51,874 nt of DNA from Fidelibacterota bacterium (lineage in GTDB: Bacteria > Fidelibacterota > Marinisomatia > Marinisomatales > UBA2128): the NCBI GenBank assembly GCA_046861645.1, contig JBHHUM010000010.1, positions 1-51,874 of the forward strand. The letters run 5' to 3'. Positions 1 to 9,371 of this stretch are shown here, in pieces. Positions within the stretch are counted from its first letter, which is position 1. Every line of letters begins with the position of its first letter. Both the position numbers and the translations under genes were made by a program. Under the pieces are notes generated by a model, which saw nothing but the letters and a program-made list of their open reading frames with translations, searched no databases and was not told the origin of the DNA.

Positions 1-348
1 GGGTGAGCATTAAGGGAACAAAACCATGAAACAAACTAATTATAAAATAATTTTTTTATTCCCAGACAAAGTCTATGGGAAAGTTGCCATATTTTAGTGG
101 AAAAACCTTGATCTTCTCCAATGACCGTTTTAAGTGAATTATTAATTGATTAGAAAATGACCCAGTTAAAGTCCAGTTATTCTAACATGATTAAGAATTT
201 ACAATTAATCCTTTCCACTTGATTTTGAACTTCTTCATTGAACAACAGAAAAAGGGGAAATTTCCCCAAAATAGTAATCACCATGAGCGGTTATTATTGC
301 GAAAATTCGGAGTTATTTCTACTTTTCATCAAAGTATTCACCCATTCT

Positions 349-819
349 ATGTCTGACACCATCGCACTAAAGAAAATCATGATCACTACCGACTTCTCGG
401 AATTCTCCCGTTATGCTTTTCGTTACGCCACAATACTAGCAGAAAAGTTTACAGCAGAACTCATTATTGTCCACGTAATACAACCAACCATAACTCCCGC
501 AGATTTCGCCTGGGCTGTCCCACCTCCCAATCTTTCTGGAGAATTTGACGAATTAGCTAAACAGTCATTAGATCGACTAGCCAAAGAACTCATACCGAAT
601 TCTATAAAAAGTCGAACAATCTTGACTCACGGCTCCCCCGCCAGAGAGATCATAGAAACTGGAAGAAAAGAAAACGTAGATATGATCATTATGTCTACTC
701 ATGGACTGGGTGGACTTAGTCATGTCCTTTTTGGAAGTACCACTGAAAAAGTGGTAAGAAAATCACCTTGTCCTGTACTCACCATCAGGCATCCTGAACA
801 CAAGTTTGAGATGCCTTAA
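349..819 (+). CDS. Universal stress protein (UspA family)
   Basis: KKIMITTDFSE start, DMIIMSTHGLGGLSHVLFGSTTEKVVRKSPCPVL motif; ATG at 349 preferred over the TTG at 238. Confidence 0.92.
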   Translation: MSDTIALKKIMITTDFSEFSRYAFRYATILAEKFTAELIIVHVIQPTITPADFAWAVPPPNLSGEFDELAKQSLDRLAKELIPNSIKSRTILTHGSPAREIIETGRKENVDMIIMSTHGLGGLSHVLFGSTTEKVVRKSPCPVLTIRHPEHKFEMP

Positions 820-841
820 AAATTTTCCTAAGGAGAAACAA

Positions 842-1798
842 ATGCAAAAACTGATTATTACCCTATGCATCTTTATAGTATTAAGCCTAAAAGCAGAAGA
901 AAGGATGAACGTTTCCAGTCTCGTATTTTTCGACGCAACCTATAATGAAACGGTATCATTCAACATAACCAGATCCTACCTCGATTTTCGGAAAAGTCTA
1001 TCCGCTGATATCGCTGCAAGGGTTACAGTCGATGCCGCTCGGATTGGTTCAACCGATAGTCTTATCATAAATGAGCATCTCACTTTCTATGTTAAATATG
1101 CCTATCTTGTGTGGAACACAGAAGCCGGTTCATTTCTTATAGGTCAGCAACCTACCAATTATTTTGGACCCAGCACGGCTACATGGGGTTTACGATTTAT
1201 TGAAAAACAACCCTCCGATCTCTGGAAATTTGATCCTACTGCCGATTTGGGTCTATCTTATAGGAAAAACTTTTCTGAGAATCTACTTATTCATCTTGCT
1301 GCCTATAATGGACGAGGATATAAATATGGTGAAAATGATAAATATAAGCGTCTCTCTGTTCTGATTTCACTTGGAGAGCAACGACTTAATGCAAACTCCG
1401 GGTGGAACGCAGGGGGAGTAGTATCCTATGAACCTTATGATGATTCTACCTCAATGAAGAAAGTACTTAGGCTTTCAGGATTTGCTGGTTATGCCAACAA
1501 CTCTTTTCGTCTAGGAGTTGAGGTTCTAAAAAGTGATGATAACGGTGGAAGTAACAGTCAATTATACTCCATCTATGGTAACCTGAGCTTAATGGAAACT
1601 TTAGACGTCCTGGCCAGAGTTGACTTATATAATAGAGATGTTGAGATCGATGGAGATGGAAAAACGTATCTGATTACAGGAATTCATTATCAACCAACAG
1701 TTGGTTTCTCTATAGCGCCTTCAATCCATTATACCAACTACGAAGATGATACCGATCCAGTGATTAGTATTAAGTTCAATTTCCAATTCCGTTTTTAG
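842..1798 (+). CDS. Outer-membrane porin-like beta-barrel protein
   Basis: AAGGAG RBS before ATG 842, signal peptide, amphipathic strands, C-terminal FQFRF. Confidence 0.7.
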   Translation: MQKLIITLCIFIVLSLKAEERMNVSSLVFFDATYNETVSFNITRSYLDFRKSLSADIAARVTVDAARIGSTDSLIINEHLTFYVKYAYLVWNTEAGSFLIGQQPTNYFGPSTATWGLRFIEKQPSDLWKFDPTADLGLSYRKNFSENLLIHLAAYNGRGYKYGENDKYKRLSVLISLGEQRLNANSGWNAGGVVSYEPYDDSTSMKKVLRLSGFAGYANNSFRLGVEVLKSDDNGGSNSQLYSIYGNLSLMETLDVLARVDLYNRDVEIDGDGKTYLITGIHYQPTVGFSIAPSIHYTNYEDDTDPVISIKFNFQFRF

Positions 1799-1808
1799 AT
1801 GGATATTT

Positions 1809-2543
1809 TTATAGTTTGGTGTACCATTTAGACTTCACTAAGGTCTGAGCTAATTCCAGATCCTCGACAAAATCAATCTCTGTGCAAGGCAAATCGGAGA
1901 TATCAGTATAATACACATCAGAATTGGACAATAAGGGATGAAGGGCGGCTTCAAAATAGTCAGCCTTTCCTCCAGATTCGATAAGATGCTTTAATGAGGA
2001 TGAAAATTCCATCCCAAATAATGGGCTGAAACGGGCTATACCAAGGAACTCTCCTAATGAATTTTCTTGAATTAATTCTTTCCCAATAGCTACCAATTTA
2101 TCGTCAGCACCTGCAATAACCTTTACTTCTTCCCGGCCACATTCTTTGACATCAACTGCCATTACGTTATCATGGGATGAATTTACCAGCCTGTTAACAA
2201 GTTCTGGGGGAAAAAGGACATCTGCATTCATGAGAAGAGTTTCGTGTTTCTCCATTTCCTGCCGGCAGAGATAAAGAGAATAGGCAGTGTTGGTTTCAAA
2301 AAAATGCTCATTCTTTACAAAAGTGAGGTTAAAGTCAGGATATTCACTCTGGAAATACATAATCAGTTTTTCTCGAAAGTAACCAACGACAACGATAGCT
2401 TCAGTGATTCCGATCTTCTTTATGGCATCCATCTGGTAATCAACGATAGGACGTTTACCCACTTCTAGGAGGCACTTAGGTGAATCAAACGTTAAAGGAT
2501 AGAGTCGACGTGAAACACCCGCAGCTAAAATGATTGCTTTCAT
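1809..2543 (-). CDS. Phosphocholine cytidylyltransferase-like (LicC family) NTP transferase
   Basis: MKAIILAAGVSRRL..PKCLL; C-terminal EIDFVEDL. Confidence 0.85.
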   Translation of the reverse strand: MKAIILAAGVSRRLYPLTFDSPKCLLEVGKRPIVDYQMDAIKKIGITEAIVVVGYFREKLIMYFQSEYPDFNLTFVKNEHFFETNTAYSLYLCRQEMEKHETLLMNADVLFPPELVNRLVNSSHDNVMAVDVKECGREEVKVIAGADDKLVAIGKELIQENSLGEFLGIARFSPLFGMEFSSSLKHLIESGGKADYFEAALHPLLSNSDVYYTDISDLPCTEIDFVEDLELAQTLVKSKWYTKL

Positions 2544-2595
2544 GAAATGTTAACGAAGTTACGAAATAATCAAGGATGCAATAACACAGTTTTCG

Positions 2596-3570
2596 TTATA
2601 ACGAAGAATAAACCTCCCAAATTTCATCAGCTTTCAGTGACTTCAGACAAAGTAGTGGTTCATCATTATTATGACAGACATTCATTCTACAAGGACTACA
2701 ATGTACACCAGTTCTGATAACCTGAGTGCGAGGCCCTAATGGTGCTGTGTGTGTCGGGTCACCAGCTCCAAAAAGGGACACCGTCGGCAAACCCAGTATT
2801 GCAGCAACATGGCTCAACCCACTATCTGTACCTATGGCTCCTTCACAAAGTGATATTAGTACTAAGCTCTTTCTTAAAGAATAATGACCACATATGGATA
2901 CCGTATTACTTAACTGATCAGCAAGGGCTTCTCCAATAGATCGATCAGGACTACTACCGAAAAATAATATCCTCCTTTCCTGACGTCCCGAGTGATTCAT
3001 TATTTCAATCCATTTTTCTACTGGTACCTTACGTGATGAAGCTATACTGGAAGGAAAAACAGCTATAGGTTTTTTCAGCCCAAGTTTCTCCATCTCCTTT
3101 TGTCCCCACCACGATTCCTCAGGAGTAATTCTTATTCCATCAACCGATCCAATTTCAGTACTTCCGATTAGTCTGAGGTATTTTTCTGAACGATGGAGGG
3201 AATGAGAAGGTTTATTGTTAGCTCTGGTAAGTAAAAAAGAACGCCATTGTCCACGATACCCAATCCGACAATCAGCACCCGAGACCCAGGCTAAATAGGC
3301 ACATCGCCATGAATTTGAGAGGAGATAGAATATATCTAGATCAAGTTTTCTCAGGCGAAGCCCTACACTGGTAGTGGTTTTGGGACCCCGAAAGTGTGAT
3401 AGGTTTACTATTTCATCTACTGCAGGATGATGTTTGAAGAGATCAGTTACCCAGGTACGACCAATAATGAGAATTCTATCTTCAGGACACTCACGCCGTA
3501 TCAAACTGATGAAAGGCAATGCCATTACAGCATCGCCCACCCAATTGGGTACATATATACCAATCTTCAA
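2596..3570 (-). CDS. waaF: LPS heptosyltransferase II (GT9)
   Basis: PNWVGDAVM, DSGLSHVAA, PTVSLFG, CSPC motifs. Confidence 0.88.
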   Translation of the reverse strand: MKIGIYVPNWVGDAVMALPFISLIRRECPEDRILIIGRTWVTDLFKHHPAVDEIVNLSHFRGPKTTTSVGLRLRKLDLDIFYLLSNSWRCAYLAWVSGADCRIGYRGQWRSFLLTRANNKPSHSLHRSEKYLRLIGSTEIGSVDGIRITPEESWWGQKEMEKLGLKKPIAVFPSSIASSRKVPVEKWIEIMNHSGRQERRILFFGSSPDRSIGEALADQLSNTVSICGHYSLRKSLVLISLCEGAIGTDSGLSHVAAILGLPTVSLFGAGDPTHTAPLGPRTQVIRTGVHCSPCRMNVCHNNDEPLLCLKSLKADEIWEVYSSL

Positions 3571-4667
3571 GAGTTTTTCTTTTCCTTTAATAATTTCTCA
3601 ATAGCATTAATTAGACGTGATGATGCCTGACCATCAATTTTATAAAGATGCTTTCTGGCAGCTGACTTTCTTAGATTGGCCAGAGCAGAGGGGTTTTCTA
3701 GTATCTCAGTGATGACTGGTACAAGATCAATTGGACGATGAAGTGAATGGGTAAAGTCAATTTTTTCAGCTCGTTCCAAGTCAAGTCTACGAGAAAGTCG
3801 CCACCGAAAGATGTTGTGTCGGGTCTTTAAAGCATAGAAATACGTCTGTACAATAGGACGATTGACTGCTAAAAATTCAAAGAGAGTGGAAGAGATATCT
3901 GAAAGGAGAATATCCGCTATAGAGAAATAAGGGGTAATATCAAATTCTTCAGGGGGTAAAAGCTTAATCCCTTCATGTTTAGTAATTATATCCAATGCCA
4001 ACTGGCTTTGAAATTTGTACCGTCGTTGATGCCAACTGAAGTTATGAAGTTTTACCAATACATTCACATGCTTAGCAAGAGCGGGCAATTCTGGAAGTAG
4101 TTTTTCCAAGGAGGAGGGATAAAATGAAGGTGCATAAAGAACAGTAGATCGACTTGGATCAAGAACCCATTTGCTCATGAGCTTTTTTCTGAGAGTTTCC
4201 TGATTACCAATCAACGAGTCTAACTTTGTTAAACCGGTAAGTACTAGATTAGACTCGCCCCTGGATTCTAACTCCTCATATCTGGCTTCACTCTCTACAG
4301 CCCTGAGGTCCACCCGCGGGGACATGTCCACATAATAACTCTGCTTCAGCCCAATCCCATGATAGACCATTACCACTACTGAATTCTCTGCAGCTATTGT
4401 TTCCAGCCTACCCACATTCCCTACAATAATCACATCAAATTCCCTCTGCTGCAGACTCTTCACTCTGGTTTCTTCATCTGGGGCGGTGATATGCTCAACT
4501 CCCAGCTTCTGAATAGCCTCAGCAAAAAAACGCCGTTCATCAGCCGCAACAGTTAGCGGGATTGATCCAGCTACTTCATAGTCACCACGCTTCAGTAACT
4601 TTGTAATAATGGGCTCAAAGTGTGGTAAATAGTAAAGATGGTGATTTTCGAAAAGTACTGTAATCAT
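3567..4667 (-). CDS. CDP-glycerol glycerophosphotransferase (TagF/TagB-like) family protein
   Basis: YHGIGLK, VLYAPSF, VKLH, ADILLSDISS..FEF motifs. Confidence 0.8.
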   Translation of the reverse strand: MITVLFENHHLYYLPHFEPIITKLLKRGDYEVAGSIPLTVAADERRFFAEAIQKLGVEHITAPDEETRVKSLQQREFDVIIVGNVGRLETIAAENSVVVMVYHGIGLKQSYYVDMSPRVDLRAVESEARYEELESRGESNLVLTGLTKLDSLIGNQETLRKKLMSKWVLDPSRSTVLYAPSFYPSSLEKLLPELPALAKHVNVLVKLHNFSWHQRRYKFQSQLALDIITKHEGIKLLPPEEFDITPYFSIADILLSDISSTLFEFLAVNRPIVQTYFYALKTRHNIFRWRLSRRLDLERAEKIDFTHSLHRPIDLVPVITEILENPSALANLRKSAARKHLYKIDGQASSRLINAIEKLLKEKKNS

Positions 4668-4823
4668 TTTGTTTTAACCATTAATCTATCATTCCTTTAA
4701 ACCTAAATCCAGTGCTTAGTCTTACTCCACAAAAAGGTGTGAATGAAATTGCTTCCCTCGTACGATCAAGTTAAACTTACAACAATTCAGAATTGAACAA
4801 AAACGAGACTGTTATCTTACTCC

Positions 4824-5864
4824 ATGCCTGACAACAACCAAAAACCTATCTTCATTATAGGTTGCGAGCGCTCAGGAACCACGCTCATCAGGTTGATCCT
4901 TCATAGCCATCCTCGTATTGCTTTACCCCCTCAAACTAAATTTCTCAAGAAAATCTACAAACGTCGCTTACGGTGGAGAGACCTGAGGAAATTAAAGAAC
5001 AGAAGGAGGTTAGCAGATTGGTTTACTAATCACTTTGATAAACGCACCAAATTGCCAGATTTAGGATTAAATCCTGATGTTATTCGTTTAGAAGTAGTTG
5101 CTTCAGCAAACACTTTAGGTGCGGCAGCTTCTGGTGTATTCAAGCTTTACTCCAGCAAATTCGATAAACCTCGCTGGGGAGATAAAAGACCCTATTACAT
5201 TAAGTATCTGCGGCAACTCCTCACCCTATTTCCTGATGCTCAAATCATTCATGTGATTCGCGATGGAAGGGATTGTATTGCTTCGCTAAAGAACATGCCC
5301 TGGTGGAAACAAAATCTACCGTATACTATTCTTAACTGGCAAGAAGCTATCCGCAAAGGAAAGCGCGCCAGAAGCTTATTACCCAAAGAACAGTATTTCG
5401 AAATCCGCTATGAAGATTTTATCTCCCATCCTGAAAAGTGGACACGTGAGATATGTAACTTTTTAGGGGAAACATTCTACCCTGAGATGTTGCAATTTCA
5501 AAAGACTGCTCAAATCGCTGTCCCAGATTATAAAATGCCATGGCATTCTACTACTAGAGAGTCACTCTCCTCCGCTGCTATAGGTAGATGGCAAAGGGAT
5601 CTGGAAAAGTGGCAAATTGGATTGATTGAGAAGAAAGTTGGGCGAGAACTTAAAGAGTGGAATTATCAACTTTCGAATATGAAGTACACAGTACCATTCC
5701 GTGAGCAAATTAAATTTTATTGGGAACTAGTAAAATACAGAACTCAATCACTATTTCTTACTGGACTGGATCGCTTCATGTCTTTCTTTTATCCCTGGCC
5801 TCTAGATTACCAGTTTTACCCCAGCAAGAGTAAAGAAGGTCCTAACCTTGAAAAAGAGCTTTAG
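4824..5864 (+). CDS. Sulfotransferase family protein
   Basis: IFIIGCERSGTT PAPS-binding loop, WGDKRP, IHVIRDGRD, RYEDF. Confidence 0.9.
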   Translation: MPDNNQKPIFIIGCERSGTTLIRLILHSHPRIALPPQTKFLKKIYKRRLRWRDLRKLKNRRRLADWFTNHFDKRTKLPDLGLNPDVIRLEVVASANTLGAAASGVFKLYSSKFDKPRWGDKRPYYIKYLRQLLTLFPDAQIIHVIRDGRDCIASLKNMPWWKQNLPYTILNWQEAIRKGKRARSLLPKEQYFEIRYEDFISHPEKWTREICNFLGETFYPEMLQFQKTAQIAVPDYKMPWHSTTRESLSSAAIGRWQRDLEKWQIGLIEKKVGRELKEWNYQLSNMKYTVPFREQIKFYWELVKYRTQSLFLTGLDRFMSFFYPWPLDYQFYPSKSKEGPNLEKEL

Positions 5865-6573
5865 CCTTCAACAAATCCTCCTCAGTGTCAATTTCATACC
5901 ATAGTGACCCGGAAAATAAAACAATCTGGAGCTGTAGTTCTTCATCAGCCACAGCATCGGCGATGGCTTGCTCATAGTAAAGTTGATTTTGTCCTGAATC
6001 AACTAAGAATCGTAGTCGAGGCACAACGGCAGACATATAATCCTGGTAATTAAAGCTATAAATATTGACTGTTTTATAGAGCGAAGAAAGATCCAATGGT
6101 CTACTGGGAGTTGATTTTAAATAAAATTGTTCTACATTTCCATTATCATTGATACTGACTACAGTTCCATCCATATGAGGTTGAAAGCGATCTAAGGCTA
6201 TCCTGTTAGGAACAAGCATTTTAGAAAAGGCTTCCCATTGAAAAATAAGGTCTCCTTCCAGTAGAATAAAATCCTGATGCAATAAATCAGTAGCTAACGC
6301 CAGAGAAACTACATTATTCGTCTGTTCCCATTCCTGATTTTGAACATACTTGATGGTCATGTTCTTCCAACGTGAACCAATTTGCTGATGGATATAATCA
6401 GCCTGATAACCCACTACTAAGATGGTTTCTTCAATTCGTGCCCTGATTAAATAATTTAACATCCACTCTAACAAGGATTTGTCCTTCACTTTCAGCAAAC
6501 ACTTTGGACGAGATTGATTACGAGAACCTAAGCGAGTTCCTCCGCCAGCAATCAGAATAACAGCTTGTTTCAC
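5842..6573 (-). CDS. Phosphocholine cytidylyltransferase-like (LicC family) NTP transferase
   Basis: AVILIAGGGTRL..PKCLL, LEGDL, WYEIDTEEDL. Confidence 0.85.
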   Translation of the reverse strand: MKQAVILIAGGGTRLGSRNQSRPKCLLKVKDKSLLEWMLNYLIRARIEETILVVGYQADYIHQQIGSRWKNMTIKYVQNQEWEQTNNVVSLALATDLLHQDFILLEGDLIFQWEAFSKMLVPNRIALDRFQPHMDGTVVSINDNGNVEQFYLKSTPSRPLDLSSLYKTVNIYSFNYQDYMSAVVPRLRFLVDSGQNQLYYEQAIADAVADEELQLQIVLFSGSLWYEIDTEEDLLKAKALFQG

Positions 6574-7202
6574 TGGGATTTTTCTTGTTCCTTGGTAAGC
6601 ACTTTTGAGTAGATGATTGCGCCATCATCCTTCCGGTAGTCCCACTTCTCCTGTGGAGTCTTCCAATCACCATAACGAAAAGTAAGATACTCCTCAATGT
6701 GAGCTGGAACAGCATATTGTTTACCCTTGAAGACGACCCCATCCAAATCATCATAATAGCGAGAGGGGACACTTTTCTTGGTGTAGTGTTTGAAGCCACC
6801 ACAAGACCAAATATATTGATCATTATAGCGGGTAGCTATAAAACAGTCCATCATTACTTCGCCTTTGGTGAAAAGATATTTGCGATTGTAAATCTTAACA
6901 ATCCTGATGTCATCAAGTTTTAAAGGAGGATCATCCTTATGTTGGTAGCGAACACGTACAAGATATCCAGCCCACTTTATCTTGGAAATAGCTTTGATGA
7001 TTTTATCCATATCCTCATGAAAGACACGCAGATCCAAGTCATTATCCCACGGTAGAAATCGATTCTCCCTGTATATACCCAACAAAGTCCCAGCAGTCAA
7101 AACGTATTTTATTCCGCATTCTTCAAAAATGGTTGTTATTTTTTCCAACATACGCACAGCGACATCCGCATTCTTACCTTCTAATCTATACTTCCCACTC
7201 AT
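6570..7202 (-). CDS. licD: LicD family phosphotransferase
   Basis: GTLLGIYRE..FLPWDNDLD; YLTFRYGDWKTP. Confidence 0.85.
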   Translation of the reverse strand: MSGKYRLEGKNADVAVRMLEKITTIFEECGIKYVLTAGTLLGIYRENRFLPWDNDLDLRVFHEDMDKIIKAISKIKWAGYLVRVRYQHKDDPPLKLDDIRIVKIYNRKYLFTKGEVMMDCFIATRYNDQYIWSCGGFKHYTKKSVPSRYYDDLDGVVFKGKQYAVPAHIEEYLTFRYGDWKTPQEKWDYRKDDGAIIYSKVLTKEQEKSQ

Positions 7203-7226
7203 TTGTATAAATTCACCATATTTCGC

Positions 7227-8285
7227 CTATAACTCGTAAATATCGCTGAAAAAATCCAGACACCTTTCCGTGGATTTTCCATCGTTAAAATAAAAACACT
7301 TATAAAGGAGTGACTCCATGTCATGGGGTATAGATTTATCGTCCAAATTCCTTTTAATCATATCTAAAATGTTATCACCCTCACGAAAATGCTCAGCCAA
7401 ATGATAGATACTCATACCATCATTATCCATATCGACTTCATTCGTTTCAGTATCGATGATAATTATCGGCCGGCGCATTATTAAGTACTCATAAAGCATC
7501 GAAGATGTCTCACTGATAAGTAAATCAGCAATCAGCAAATTCTCCATATAATGCTTACGAAATATATGGGCAGGGCGGGCAAAGGTAACCCATTTCCTCA
7601 AATGGCGAGGAACCATCTTCTTCAACTTTGAGATATAGCTTGATTCTCCGTAATGAGGTCTGATGATCAAATGGTATTTTTGAGGAATTGTTTTCATAAA
7701 ATGAGGTCCGTACTTAAGTAGAGTTCCTCCACCGTATCCCCATGTGGGAGCATATAGTATAGTTGGTCGAGACTTATCTTCGATTCCAAACCGTGCTCTG
7801 ACAGCCTCTATATTGTAGTTCTGCTGTACGATAGGATCAAACATCCAGTTTCCAACGCGAATAAGACGGGGAGAATCTAAACTGATTCCAGCTGCTTTAG
7901 CGAGTTTAATCTCGTTTTTAGGGCCGGATAGAAGATAATAGTTGAATTGATTGGCTATCTGCTTAGAAACCCGGGGAACCTTGTCTGAAGTACCATGGTA
8001 CATTAAAACAGACTTCATATATTTCTGATTGTAACCAAGTTTATGCAAAGTGTTAGCGATTAGAATTCCTCTCAAGCCTGATATATTGTTACGATCAACC
8101 CACTTTACCCTGGGAAGGACTCCTAGAAAAGATTTTCCTTTAGTTTTGAAAACAAAATGTTGATAAAGTTTGAAATAAGTATCTCGTGTCCAGGCTAAAA
8201 ACTCTCCACCAAGGTTACGATAAATCGGTTCGGAATAGACATACTGGTAAAGATTTCGAGCTATATAGTAATAATCCAAACTCAT
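7227..8285 (-). CDS. CDP-glycerol glycerophosphotransferase (TagF-like) family protein
   Basis: YHGTSDK, ILYAPTW, IRPH, ADLLISETSS..YEY. Confidence 0.8.
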   Translation of the reverse strand: MSLDYYYIARNLYQYVYSEPIYRNLGGEFLAWTRDTYFKLYQHFVFKTKGKSFLGVLPRVKWVDRNNISGLRGILIANTLHKLGYNQKYMKSVLMYHGTSDKVPRVSKQIANQFNYYLLSGPKNEIKLAKAAGISLDSPRLIRVGNWMFDPIVQQNYNIEAVRARFGIEDKSRPTILYAPTWGYGGGTLLKYGPHFMKTIPQKYHLIIRPHYGESSYISKLKKMVPRHLRKWVTFARPAHIFRKHYMENLLIADLLISETSSMLYEYLIMRRPIIIIDTETNEVDMDNDGMSIYHLAEHFREGDNILDMIKRNLDDKSIPHDMESLLYKCFYFNDGKSTERCLDFFSDIYEL

Positions 8286-8310
8286 AGATTTGCTATCGTG
8301 TGCTATTTAA

Positions 8311-9354
8311 TTATGAAATTATTTCCATAATTGAGTCGACAATCCTCTCCGCAGCCTTGCCATCTCCATACGGATTGATACCTTCCCACTGTGGCGATTC
8401 ATTAGCCCAGGAAAAGTTCCCCGTAATATCAGTTCCGATCACTCTAGCTAATCCTACTTTCACTCCTTCAGGACGTTCTGTTTTATCTCGACAAACCAGT
8501 ACCTTTTTTCTGAAAACAGCACATTCTTCCTGAAGACCTCCTGAGTCGCTAATCACAAAACGAACTTTGCCCAGTAATTTCATGAGGACTTTATAGCTAA
8601 GTGGTGGCACAACATTCACATTCTTCAATATGTTTCTATGACGTTGCACTTCCGGATTGGGATGCATGGGAAAAATGAACTCAAGGTCCGGGTAATTAAG
8701 CGCTAATTGCTCCAATTGATGGAACATACTTATCATCCGGTCTCCAAAATTTTCTCGACGATGGAGTGTAACTAAAACCTTTTTTCCGTACGAAACAGGT
8801 GCAATGAATCTGGTACAAATATCTACAATCGTATTCCCGGTAACAATAACATTGTCAAGAAATTCTTGCCTTAGATTACCTGCTGCTGTCTCTGTAGGAG
8901 CCCAATTCATGTAAGCAACACGGGAGATCAATTGTCGGTTTATTTCTTCCGGAAATGGAGCTTGATGATCATATGTTCTCAAACCTGCCTCTACATGACC
9001 CACAGTAATGCCCTCATAAAATGCCGCCAGGGCAACAGCTGCGGCAGAAGAAGTATCACCTTGCACAATGACTAACCGAGGGAAATTCTGGCGAAATATG
9101 GGAGTTATTTTTTGGGCTACTCGACTGAAAACCTCTAATGGTGATTGCTCCTCAACCATGATACTAAGGTCCATATCCGGTTGTGGAATTAAGTCAGCCA
9201 CATCCTCAAATAGTTTATCATGCTGTCCAGTAAAAAGGGTTCGAAAAGAAATTCCCCTGATAGTTAATTCGTCTACGACCGAAGCTAATTTTATTACTTC
9301 CGGACGAGTACCAAAACAGATTAGAGGCATCGATTTTTGTAGTAATTTTCCCAT
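8311..9354 (-). CDS. wecB: UDP-N-acetylglucosamine 2-epimerase (non-hydrolysing)
   Basis: GTRPEVIK, TGQH, QGDT, HVEAGLRT, PFPEE, TLHRREN, DSGGLQEE. Confidence 0.95.
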   Translation of the reverse strand: MGKLLQKSMPLICFGTRPEVIKLASVVDELTIRGISFRTLFTGQHDKLFEDVADLIPQPDMDLSIMVEEQSPLEVFSRVAQKITPIFRQNFPRLVIVQGDTSSAAAVALAAFYEGITVGHVEAGLRTYDHQAPFPEEINRQLISRVAYMNWAPTETAAGNLRQEFLDNVIVTGNTIVDICTRFIAPVSYGKKVLVTLHRRENFGDRMISMFHQLEQLALNYPDLEFIFPMHPNPEVQRHRNILKNVNVVPPLSYKVLMKLLGKVRFVISDSGGLQEECAVFRKKVLVCRDKTERPEGVKVGLARVIGTDITGNFSWANESPQWEGINPYGDGKAAERIVDSIMEIIS

Positions 9355-9371
9355 AATAAAAGGATCAAACG

